DNA of 64,000 nt from Patescibacteria group bacterium (GTDB lineage: Bacteria; Patescibacteriota; Patescibacteriia; Patescibacteriales; UBA12465). The notes under the pieces are model-generated. The model did not search any database and was not told the DNA's origin. It was given only the letters and a program-made list of their open reading frames with translations. The translations under genes were made by a program, and so were the position numbers. Where the stretch lies: the NCBI GenBank assembly GCA_041665845.1, contig JBAYIC010000008.1, positions 1,335 to 65,334 of the forward strand. Reading direction: 5' to 3'. Positions within the stretch are counted from its first letter, which is position 1. Each line of letters begins with the position of its first letter. This document shows, one piece after another, positions 37,882 to 45,761 of the stretch.

Positions 37882-38808
37882 TTAAATAATTTTTTTTCTT
37901 CTTAAAAAAAGCAACAAAATAGCAACGGAAACAAAAATAGCGGCGATAATTCCCCAATAAGCACTTGCATTATCGTCGTAAGGTAAGCGAACATTCATGC
38001 CGTAAAAACTAGTTATCATTGTTGGTAAAGCTAAAATAACGGTTGAAACAGTTAAAACTTTCATAACTCGATTTAAGCGGTTAGTAGAGATAACTTCGTG
38101 CGCTTGTCTAATATTAACAATATTCGTTAAGTTACTTTTTGATCTTTCAACCAACTGCTCATTATTAAGCTGAAGATCATCGATTAAATCTTTTTCTTCT
38201 TGGTCAAGCTCGATTGTTTTACCTGAGATTATATTTAATAATACATGACGAACTGGTAAAAGAGCATTAATAAATTCATTAAGCAGAACTTCATAGCTCA
38301 CAAAATTAACGATATCTTGATCTTTAAAATTACCGACGTTCAAACTAAAATAATTTATTCTTTTATTTATCTTGTTTAGCAATGAGCTATAAATATTTTC
38401 AACCTCAAAAAACATCTGCAAGAATAGATAAGGCTTTTGGGTGGTATAATAGTCCTTGTTTTCATCAACCAGGGAAATTAAAAAATCTGGATTTTCCCTA
38501 GAAACAATCATTAAAAAATCATGGCGAATAACAAACATGATTGGAAACGTTGAAATTTGTCTAATACTTCCCTTTTGTTCAGGAACACGAGCAAAAATAT
38601 AAGCAACTTCGTTTTTAATTTCCATACGAGGCGCCTCATAAGGATCAAGGGCATCCATTATTAAACCTTCCTCTAAGTTGAATTTTTCCGAAATAAAATT
38701 TATTTCTTCGGTATTAGGGTCGCTTACATAAATTAAACTTCCCGCTTGAAAATCAGTTAATCTTTTTAATTCTGGGCTACCCTCTGGACGTAAATAGTAT
38801 TTAATCAT
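37882..38808 (-). CDS. corA: CorA-family magnesium/cobalt transporter
   Basis: 308 aa. Two C-terminal TM helices with the signature FYGMNV. Confidence 0.9.
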   Translation of the reverse strand: MIKYYLRPEGSPELKRLTDFQAGSLIYVSDPNTEEINFISEKFNLEEGLIMDALDPYEAPRMEIKNEVAYIFARVPEQKGSIRQISTFPIMFVIRHDFLMIVSRENPDFLISLVDENKDYYTTQKPYLFLQMFFEVENIYSSLLNKINKRINYFSLNVGNFKDQDIVNFVSYEVLLNEFINALLPVRHVLLNIISGKTIELDQEEKDLIDDLQLNNEQLVERSKSNLTNIVNIRQAHEVISTNRLNRVMKVLTVSTVILALPTMITSFYGMNVRLPYDDNASAYWGIIAAIFVSVAILLLFLRRKKII

Positions 38809-38867
38809 ACAAATATTATCCCTACTTTATTATATTTTTATTATACATCAGGCAAAACCTTATGCCA

Positions 38868-38901
38868 ACAAAAAAGCGGCCTCCGAACAAACGAAGACCG
38901 C
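38868..38901 (-). terminator. strand-specific terminator of the 39991->38929 ORFan unit
   Basis: Minus-sense GCGGTCTTCG-tttgtt-CGGAGGCCGC (two G:U pairs, which are C:A mismatches on the plus strand), followed by TTTTTTGTT. Confidence 0.65.
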
Positions 38902-38928
38902 TATCATATTTTAGCAGCTAATTTCATA

Positions 38929-39648
38929 TCATTTCATTATATTGTTAATGATTTCAGCTACCTCATCTTTATTGGCTTGATCAGTAATCTGCACAAAGAC
39001 AATCCGTGGGTAAATTTTCCCATTATTTTCTTTTACCCGAATAGATTGCACACAATAACTTCCGTCTGTGACCTGAACGTAGGCCTCTTTAATTGGACAA
39101 AATCCATCACGTGAATGCTTCCCAAAAACTGCCTTACGCAATTCGCCGATATTGCCATCGGTAAAATAATTAAAGCAACGGCTACCAGCCTTGGAATGTT
39201 TGCATAAATTACCACCGTCAGGAATATTAAGATTGATTTCATCAACAACCTGCAAGAGTTGCGACGTAAGTTCGTGCGACCATAAAGCCGTTAAAATTGG
39301 ATTCGTATTATTGCTCATTAAATGCCAAACTCCACGTTTAGCACTCCCAAAATTAAGGGCCCAAAGACCTTTTCCTGGCCTTAGTAACAAAGCCCTTCTA
39401 CCTCTGGTTCTTTTCTTTAATTGAGCAATCGAGAGATTGAACGTTTCGTCATCAAGACTCATCAATCCAACCATCGATTGGCGATTAACAAAGGCTCTTT
39501 TTACAAAGTAGTTAATACCCGCAATAGTGAGCTTAGTCTCGGGCTCAATTTGCTGATATAACCTACCATCTGGTTCTCTAAGTACGAAAGCCTTGCCTTC
39601 ATAATTACCGTAAACATAAATCCTGCTCATGGGATTAATATTTAGCAA
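38929..39648 (-). CDS. ORFan protein with a four-Cys cluster
   Basis: 239 aa (alternative start MSRIYVYG at 39630). Cys pattern CKHSKAGSRC...FC...YC. Motif GKGLWALNFG. No family recognised. Confidence 0.65.
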   Translation of the reverse strand: MLNINPMSRIYVYGNYEGKAFVLREPDGRLYQQIEPETKLTIAGINYFVKRAFVNRQSMVGLMSLDDETFNLSIAQLKKRTRGRRALLLRPGKGLWALNFGSAKRGVWHLMSNNTNPILTALWSHELTSQLLQVVDEINLNIPDGGNLCKHSKAGSRCFNYFTDGNIGELRKAVFGKHSRDGFCPIKEAYVQVTDGSYCVQSIRVKENNGKIYPRIVFVQITDQANKDEVAEIINNIMK

Positions 39649-39991
39649 TTACAATGGCCTGGTGATACACAAACCCCTCACTTACCCGTTTTAGGGATCT
39701 ACTTTCATTCCCTAACATGAATATAGCAAATTGGGTTTTGAGGCGTTTTTGGGCTTCTTCTTTTGTAAGCACAGTGTATATGCTTGGATAGTTAATATCA
39801 TTACAAAAGCTGAACCAGTGTTCTTCGACGATACACGTATCGCCGATGGAGAGATTTGGGCGGTTTTCGATGTTTTTGATGTTTTGGATAGTATCGCTAC
39901 TATTTAATTTTACTACATCGATTTTTTCCGGAATGCAACTAAATAAGCATTCCAATAACAGTACGGTAAAAAGGATGATTTTTGTTTTCAT
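39635..39991 (-). CDS. ORFan putative lipoprotein
   Basis: 118 aa. MKTKIILFTVLLLECLFSC has a lipobox-like LFSC. Overlaps the next gene by 14 nt. Confidence 0.6.
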   Translation of the reverse strand: MKTKIILFTVLLLECLFSCIPEKIDVVKLNSSDTIQNIKNIENRPNLSIGDTCIVEEHWFSFCNDINYPSIYTVLTKEEAQKRLKTQFAIFMLGNESRSLKRVSEGFVYHQAIVIAKY

Positions 39992-40045
39992 TGATTAAAT
40001 TTATAATATTCAGAAACTAATTATTAACGTACAATGCAATAAAAA

Positions 40046-40074
40046 AATTTATCATGAAGCTATATTTTTGTCAA
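40046..40074 (-). promoter_or_regulatory. consensus extended -10 promoter (ORFan cassette type)
   Basis: Gene-sense TTGACAAAAATATAGCTTCATGATAAATT: -35 TTGACA, 17-nt spacer ending in TGa, -10 TAAATT. Confidence 0.65.
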
Positions 40075-40092
40075 TATTTGGTAGATTTGCCC

Positions 40093-40120
40093 TTGCAAAG
40101 AATTTAATATTTGCTAAAAT
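40093..40120 (+). promoter_or_regulatory. extended -10 promoter driving the leader or sRNA
   Basis: TTGCAA (40093-40098), 16-nt spacer ending TGc, TAAAAT (40115-40120). Confidence 0.55.
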
Positions 40121-40126
40121 GATTTC

Positions 40127-40293
40127 ATGCTTAATTTATCAAACAAAAACTACCGCAACAATAACTTTAGTTACTGGATGTTTACCCGGTTAGTTTTTAT
40201 TGATAAAAAAGCGAATTGCTAATAGTAGAATACTGAAAGCAAATTAAATATCAATAAATTCCGACCGGATTCATAATCCGGTCTTTGTTTTTT
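40127..40293 (+). ncRNA. candidate ~165-nt structured leader (attenuator or riboswitch-like) or small RNA
   Basis: Bounded by the promoter at 40093-40120 and the terminator at 40263-40293. Contains a long imperfect hairpin (TTTATTGATA 40196-40205 / TATCAATAAA 40249-40258, with an inner AATTGCT/AGCAAATT pairing). No room for a separate promoter before the CDS at 40352. Confidence 0.4.
40263..40293 (+). terminator. rho-independent terminator inside the 5' region of the 40352 gene
   Basis: GACCGGATT-cat-AATCCGGTC followed by TTTGTTTTTT. Confidence 0.7.
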
Positions 40294-40351
40294 AAAAACT
40301 TAATTAGTAATAATAGTAATAACCAAATTGTCTCACTCTAAATTATTTATC

Positions 40352-41176
40352 ATGAATCCAAAAAGTAGTAATCAGTTCGTAAGTTCTCATTCAATTTTAA
40401 AATTAAATGAATTGAATGCCGCCCAGTGTAAAATATTAATAAATAAATTGAACCTGGTTAAAAATCAAGATTCCTTTGTTGAGTTCGATTGTGTTCCCAA
40501 CGGAAGTTTAAATCTTTTTCGTTATGGCGATGGCCTCAAATCCGCCAAGATAACTAAGAATCTTGTTAATTTGTTATTATTTGATGACATCAAAAATCCT
40601 GGATTGAACGAAGAAATCGGAGAGATAACTAGTTCTTTTTTAGGAAAAGATTCCTTCTGGTTAGAAAGAAAAATTATTTCTACTAAAAATTCTGGACTAG
40701 CAATTGATTTTCGCACTGGAGTAAAGCTTGGTCTTTGGAAATTAATTACTTCTGAGTCTTACTCCGATGATTACTTGAAGGAATTAGGTTGGGGAAAATC
40801 TTTTTGCGTAAAACCAGGGGAGCTTAATTGGGAACAACCTTTTTGTGTAAAAAATGAAGAAGGTTTAACTAAAATATGGCATCCTAATTGGAGAACGCTG
40901 GGCTATAAGAATGGTTTCTCCACTAAAGAGTCCATTACGAAATTTATTGAAAAGACTCCAACTTACTTACAAAAGTTCTATGCACCCTTTCCGGCGAGCG
41001 ATAAAGAACCAACTCGCAAAATGTATTATCGTTTAATATTCTTTGTTGAGGCTGGCGCAAAGAAAATAGATTTTTGCGGTGGGCTTTGGATCAGTAATTT
41101 TGGATTTAAAATTTTCCAAGACGAAAATTCAATCGTTGGATTTATATCTCCTTTAACAACAGGAGTATTTTTCTAA
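40352..41176 (+). CDS. ORFan protein
   Basis: The track ORF starts at TTG 40328. I prefer ATG 40352 (MNPKSSNQF...). 274 aa with no recognised domain. The C-terminal motif GGLWISNFG resembles GKGLWALNFG of the 38929 gene. Confidence 0.65.
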   Translation: MNPKSSNQFVSSHSILKLNELNAAQCKILINKLNLVKNQDSFVEFDCVPNGSLNLFRYGDGLKSAKITKNLVNLLLFDDIKNPGLNEEIGEITSSFLGKDSFWLERKIISTKNSGLAIDFRTGVKLGLWKLITSESYSDDYLKELGWGKSFCVKPGELNWEQPFCVKNEEGLTKIWHPNWRTLGYKNGFSTKESITKFIEKTPTYLQKFYAPFPASDKEPTRKMYYRLIFFVEAGAKKIDFCGGLWISNFGFKIFQDENSIVGFISPLTTGVFF

Positions 41177-41197
41177 CAAACAAAAGACTTAATAAAA

Positions 41198-41230
41198 AAG
41201 CGCTCACACCAAGTTGAGCGCTTCTTTTTT
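41198..41230 (+). terminator. rho-independent terminator
   Basis: AAGCGCTCA-caccaagt-TGAGCGCTT followed by CTTTTTT. Confidence 0.75.
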
Positions 41231-41261
41231 AATAAAATAGCCGCCAGATTCCTCTGACGGC
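41231..41261 (-). terminator. strand-specific terminator of the 42428->41303 unit
   Basis: Minus-sense GCCGTCAGA-ggaa-TCTGGCGGC (one G:U pair, a C:A mismatch on the plus strand), followed by TATTTTATT. Confidence 0.6.
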
Positions 41262-41302
41262 CATAAAATAAGTTTAAAATTGATTTGATGTCAAGTTCAG
41301 CA

Positions 41303-41701
41303 TTAAGAGAAGAAAGCTGGTATATCATCAGGAATTTTTGGATTCCGATTGAAATTGTAATCAGCTATTCTTTTTAAGAGTATCGGGTCATTCTTAAATT
41401 CTTTTCTAAGAATCAAGTAGGCCTGATATCCCTTCTCTAAAATACTTTTCGGATAGAAATGCCCTTCGATTAAATCATTTTCATCAACTGGACAACGCTT
41501 CATTCCGTATTGATAATGTACCGCCGATAATTCTTCAGCGAGTATCTGATTAACCACTCTTAATCTTTCGTAATTCCTTGCTCGCCCAGGATGATAATTA
41601 TAAAAATTTAGAAAAAAATTAGCGAAGGCGAATTGATTATTTTTTATTTCTATAAACTCCTCAAACAAAAGAGGAATCTCATTAAAGTTTTTTCCATTCA
41701 T
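41303..41701 (-). CDS. ORFan protein
   Basis: 132 aa, cytoplasmic-looking, no recognised domain. Confidence 0.6.
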   Translation of the reverse strand: MNGKNFNEIPLLFEEFIEIKNNQFAFANFFLNFYNYHPGRARNYERLRVVNQILAEELSAVHYQYGMKRCPVDENDLIEGHFYPKSILEKGYQAYLILRKEFKNDPILLKRIADYNFNRNPKIPDDIPAFFS

Positions 41702-41714
41702 AACTAATAGTGTT

Positions 41715-42428
41715 TCATTTAGAAATTCCGAAATGTTTCAAATCCTTGGAAGATTTCTCTACCAAGTTATATGAGAAATTTTTTCTCTCATATTGCAGTT
41801 CGGGGAACAAGATAATTTTTGTCATAATATTTCCTCCGGCATCAATCAATAAATTAGCTGAAATATTATAATCACGAAGCGAAAAGACTCTTATATCCTC
41901 TACTTCCCAGCTCTTAGGAAGAAAACTCCAAACAAGTTCGCCGATTAAAGCTATCTCTTCGGATTGTTTTTTCCAATCGATTTTTTTGTCCTGATTGTTA
42001 TTTTTTACAATCATTCTACTCAAGCTTATCCAAAGCATAATAAATTTATCACGCTTTAAACTGGATAATTCTTCATTAAATAAACAACAAGATAAATCAT
42101 TCGCTAATTTTACAATAGATTCTTTGTCTTCTTTTCCTAAAAGACCAAAATAGCGAGTAGTATCCGAAGATTGGCGGAAATTTTCTAATTCCATCACTAA
42201 AAAATAGCCTTCTGGCCTAGTGATTGATGGCTCAGCTTCTAAGAATTGTTGGTAACTAACCGTTTTTATAAGGTTTCTTTCTAAAAAATTAGCCTTATAG
42301 GTATCAGGCTTGGATTTAATCCTTGCTAATTCCTGACCATGATCGGTTACAATTGCTAAGTAATCATAGGGCTCCTGAGTAAAAGCAACAAATGGAACAA
42401 ACAAAAACAAAAAAAAGATTTTTTTCAT
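41715..42428 (-). CDS. ORFan secreted protein
   Basis: 237 aa. Signal peptide MKKIFFLFLFVPFVAFTQEP. No recognised domain. Confidence 0.6.
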   Translation of the reverse strand: MKKIFFLFLFVPFVAFTQEPYDYLAIVTDHGQELARIKSKPDTYKANFLERNLIKTVSYQQFLEAEPSITRPEGYFLVMELENFRQSSDTTRYFGLLGKEDKESIVKLANDLSCCLFNEELSSLKRDKFIMLWISLSRMIVKNNNQDKKIDWKKQSEEIALIGELVWSFLPKSWEVEDIRVFSLRDYNISANLLIDAGGNIMTKIILFPELQYERKNFSYNLVEKSSKDLKHFGISK

Positions 42429-42497
42429 GACGCGACGATTAAAGGTTTAGAAAAAAAGGATTAATTAAAGATTAATTAATTGTTAAAGTAATAAAAC

Positions 42498-42526
42498 AAT
42501 ATAACACTAAATTATATTTTTGTCTA
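42498..42526 (-). promoter_or_regulatory. extended -10 promoter (ORFan cassette type) overlapping the stop codon of the HD gene
   Basis: Gene-sense TAGACAAAAATATAATTTAGTGTTATATT. The -35 TAGACA contains the TAG stop of the upstream operon. Confidence 0.55.
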
Positions 42527-43105
42527 GAGTAGTATTTTTTCAGCTAGCCGATAAGTTTTTTCTAGCTCTTCGACAATTGGATTACTGAGCCTTTCTTTGA
42601 GTAGTTTAACAATTTCTTCATACAACCAAAGTTTTTTTTCTTTAGGTGAATTAAAATCATCCCAGAGCGCTTCACCTTTTTCTTGATAAGCACTAATCAT
42701 TGATTCTAAATTATGAATTTTATCAGCCGCACAAACCATTAATGATTCGTCGCTATCGTTTTCTAACCCAGCTAAATACCTCGATTTACGATCCTCCCAA
42801 GTTGCCTTATCATCTCTTTCAACATTAGGATTTTTATCCTCACTTATTCCCTTAACTATTTCAGCGACTTTAGGACCGAAATCTTTAATTAAATCAGCGT
42901 AATAATAATCTTCGACATCCTCCAAGACATCATGCAAAAGTCCAGCAATAATTATATCTTCATCATCTGTATAATTACTTAGTATCCAAGCAACCGCGAA
43001 AGGATGGCTGATGTAAGGTAAATTAACATCGCCTTTTCGAACTTGTCCGGCATGTAGGCGACTAGCAGAATTAATCGCTTTTTGGATTCTTGGGGTTAAT
43101 TTCAT
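42524..43105 (-). CDS. HD-domain (p)ppGpp hydrolase-like protein (small alarmone hydrolase type)
   Basis: The track ORF (to 43246) overlaps TspO by 121 nt. The internal ATG 43105 (MKLTPRIQKAINSASRLHAGQVRKG) gives a typical HD_4 start. HPFAVA...LLHDVLEDV. Confidence 0.8.
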   Translation of the reverse strand: MKLTPRIQKAINSASRLHAGQVRKGDVNLPYISHPFAVAWILSNYTDDEDIIIAGLLHDVLEDVEDYYYADLIKDFGPKVAEIVKGISEDKNPNVERDDKATWEDRKSRYLAGLENDSDESLMVCAADKIHNLESMISAYQEKGEALWDDFNSPKEKKLWLYEEIVKLLKERLSNPIVEELEKTYRLAEKILL

Positions 43106-43125
43106 ATTTTTATCACGTGATTCAG

Positions 43126-43521
43126 TTATCTGTTTAAATAAGTAATGGTGAGCTGTAAAATAGTCGCAAACATGACCCAGAGTAAATAAGGTATTTGAAT
43201 ATAAGCAACCCAACGCATGTGAGGATAAATAGCAATCATCGCCCAAACAAGTGTTATCAAAACTAATAAAATATCAGCTGCAGCCAATAAATTATTTTTT
43301 AAACCAAATTGAATATAAGTAAAAGAAAAATTAAAAATAAGATTAAGAATAAAAGGTAAAACAACAAGCCAGGTAATTTGCTTCTGCCAAGCCATTAAAA
43401 ATACCTTGCCATAGGATATAACGATTAGAACATAAAGAAATGTCCAAACTGGACCAAAGAGCCAAGCGGGCGGTGACCAAGTTGGTTTAATAAGTTGCGA
43501 GTACCAATTGTAAGTGTTCAT
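43126..43521 (-). CDS. tspO: TspO/MBR family tryptophan-rich sensory protein (short, apparently lacks the first TM helix)
   Basis: 131 aa. KPTWSPPAWLFGPVWTFLY signature. Four hydrophobic helices instead of the usual five. Confidence 0.75.
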   Translation of the reverse strand: MNTYNWYSQLIKPTWSPPAWLFGPVWTFLYVLIVISYGKVFLMAWQKQITWLVVLPFILNLIFNFSFTYIQFGLKNNLLAAADILLVLITLVWAMIAIYPHMRWVAYIQIPYLLWVMFATILQLTITYLNR

Positions 43522-43534
43522 AAAATTAAACTTT

Positions 43535-44065
43535 TTATATCTTATAAAAATAAACTTTCTTGTTTTTGATAACTATTACCTTCTCTTGATTAAATTGTGG
43601 AACCCTGAAACTTCTACTTATTATTTGCGTCCCTGGTTTGCATTCTTGCTTAAATTTCTCACCCAATTTTTCCATCGTTGCGTTATTTAAGTAACAATAA
43701 ATTAAATCCGCATTTTTTAAATCAATTTTAAAAAAATTATCTTTGAGTAATTCAATTCTACTAGACTGTAATCTTAGTTTTATTTTACTAATTAAATAGA
43801 GGCTAAGCAAATTTTCAACACCAATGCATTTTGACTGGGGGAATTTTTTTTCGGCAATATGCAAAAATCTTGCTCGTCCGCAACCTAACTCATAAATTAC
43901 AGATTCTTTTCCTATCTGAACTTCATTTAAAACTTTATTAATCGTTTCATGATCGGTAGAAATGAAGGGCGCGTAACCCTTGAAAAAAACATTATAGAAT
44001 TGAGTAACAAAAAAGATAAAATAAATTATTAAGGCTAGTAAAATTATAGGCAGTAAATAATACAT
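43535..44065 (-). CDS. membrane-anchored class I SAM-dependent methyltransferase
   Basis: 176 aa. N-terminal TM helix. Motif I VIYELGCGRARF. Confidence 0.7.
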   Translation of the reverse strand: MYYLLPIILLALIIYFIFFVTQFYNVFFKGYAPFISTDHETINKVLNEVQIGKESVIYELGCGRARFLHIAEKKFPQSKCIGVENLLSLYLISKIKLRLQSSRIELLKDNFFKIDLKNADLIYCYLNNATMEKLGEKFKQECKPGTQIISRSFRVPQFNQEKVIVIKNKKVYFYKI

Positions 44066-44067
44066 AA

Positions 44068-44493
44068 TTATTTAATTTTCTCTACCAATTTAGTAAACTG
44101 CTCAATCTCTTTATCATTTAAACCAGAAAAAGATTTGCTAGCTGATTTGATATATTGTTTTTTAAAATTATTGAAATCTTTTTCAGCGTTAGCCGTTAAT
44201 TTTATATTCACACCGCGGCGATCAGAAGAATTCTCTTCCCTTTTAACTAATTTCTTTCCTACCAAACCATTAGTAAACTGGGTAACCGCCCCGGGAGTAA
44301 CATGAAGAAAATTAGCAATTTCTTTTACCGAAGCTACGCCTTTATTTTCATAAATAAAAAATAGAATCATTACTTGTGGTTTTCCCAATATCGAACCGCC
44401 AAAAGAAAAACATTGTTCTTTATGAATAGAATGGATTGCTCGTCTTAATTCTTCAATTAAACCTTTTAATAATTCTTGTCTTTTATTTTTCAT
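44068..44493 (-). CDS. MarR-family transcriptional regulator
   Basis: 141 aa. Winged-HTH region VKEIANFLHVTPGAVTQFTNGLVGKKLVKREENSSDRRGVNIKLT. Confidence 0.85.
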   Translation of the reverse strand: MKNKRQELLKGLIEELRRAIHSIHKEQCFSFGGSILGKPQVMILFFIYENKGVASVKEIANFLHVTPGAVTQFTNGLVGKKLVKREENSSDRRGVNIKLTANAEKDFNNFKKQYIKSASKSFSGLNDKEIEQFTKLVEKIK

Positions 44494-44520
44494 ATATTTA
44501 AATCTATTTCGATGAATATT

Positions 44521-45756
44521 TTATTCATGTCTTAAAGCTTCAATCGGATCTAATTTAGACGCGTTTACGGCCGGCAAAACACCAAAACTAATACCAATAA
44601 CAGCTGAAACACCAAAACCGATGCCAACGGCGTAAAGTGGTAGCACAAAATTCCAAGCTAAACCATTAGCAACCGCAATAGTAGTGAGTACCCAGGTTAA
44701 AAAAGCACCAAATAAAATACCAATAGCGCCACCGATTAAAGTTACAACAACCGCTTCCACCAAAAATTCTTGTAAAATGTTGGAATTTTTAGCACCCAAA
44801 GCTTTACGCAAACCAATTTCCGCCGTTCTCTCCGTTACCACTACATACATAATATTCATAATCCCTACGCCGCCAACAATTAAAGAGATAGCGGCGATGG
44901 CAATCAGTAAAATAGTAATGCTATCAAAAATAGTATTAACAATATCCATGACCTGTTCTTGGGTCATAATTTCAAAATCATCTTTATCGGGGTTAGTGAT
45001 GTTATGATTGCGACGCATAACACTCTTAATATCTTCAGCCGTGACTGCGCTCAAATCATTGTTTTCTACTTGAACAACACCTTGAAGCAAATAATTTATG
45101 CCCAGCATTTTTTTCTGAGCAGTAACAAGTGGAATAAATAAATAATCATCATTACCGCCGCTCATGCCGCTAGAAGCTTCATAAACACCGATAACCTGAA
45201 AATTCAAAGAACCGATGCGCAAGATTTTCCCGATCGGATCATCTTGTCCAAATAATGATGAGGCAATTTTATAGCCGAGAACAACTACCTGTGCGCCACT
45301 AGCATCTTCAGCGGCCGTAAAAACTCTTCCAGATTGCAACTTATTTTTATCAATTTCAAACATCGTCGCTGAAGCTCCGACATAAATTGAGGTTTTATTA
45401 TTGTTACGATAACTAGCAGACCCCTGACCAAGCACCATGCCATAATTATTAACGACATTCGGTAATTTTTTAATATCATCCAAATCGCGCTGCTTAAAAC
45501 TAGTAATGGTAATTCCGGAACTCACATCTTCTCTGGGACTGCGGTTTTTATTATTTGATGGAACTTTAGTTTGAATATAAAGAGTATTGGTCCCGAAAGT
45601 ATCAATTTCTTTATTAATTAATTCACGAAAACCGGCGCCGGCGGATAATACCAAAATAACCGTAGCAATCCCAATCATGATTCCTAAAGTCGTTAAAAGC
45701 GTACGGCCTTTATTAGCGAGCAATGCCCTGAAAGCTTGTCTTATAGCATTAAGCAT
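44521..45756 (-). CDS. ABC transporter permease, MacB/FtsX family
   Basis: 411 aa. N-terminal TM helix, large periplasmic MacB_PCD domain, C-terminal FtsX helices (ERTAEIGLRKALGA). Confidence 0.88.
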   Translation of the reverse strand: MLNAIRQAFRALLANKGRTLLTTLGIMIGIATVILVLSAGAGFRELINKEIDTFGTNTLYIQTKVPSNNKNRSPREDVSSGITITSFKQRDLDDIKKLPNVVNNYGMVLGQGSASYRNNNKTSIYVGASATMFEIDKNKLQSGRVFTAAEDASGAQVVVLGYKIASSLFGQDDPIGKILRIGSLNFQVIGVYEASSGMSGGNDDYLFIPLVTAQKKMLGINYLLQGVVQVENNDLSAVTAEDIKSVMRRNHNITNPDKDDFEIMTQEQVMDIVNTIFDSITILLIAIAAISLIVGGVGIMNIMYVVVTERTAEIGLRKALGAKNSNILQEFLVEAVVVTLIGGAIGILFGAFLTWVLTTIAVANGLAWNFVLPLYAVGIGFGVSAVIGISFGVLPAVNASKLDPIEALRHE

Positions 45757-45761
45757 AAAAT

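Noticed and set aside
38868-42526. Prophage or integrative element interpretation of the ORFan island
   Set aside because: There is no integrase, transposase, terminase, capsid or portal-like protein. No flanking direct repeats or tRNA target were seen. The units are individually bounded by promoters and terminators rather than forming one mobile block.
42524-43246. Long form of the HD-domain ORF (240 aa)
   Set aside because: The first 47 codons overlap the TspO gene by 121 nt and look non-protein-like. The internal ATG at 43105 gives a canonical HD_4 N-terminus.
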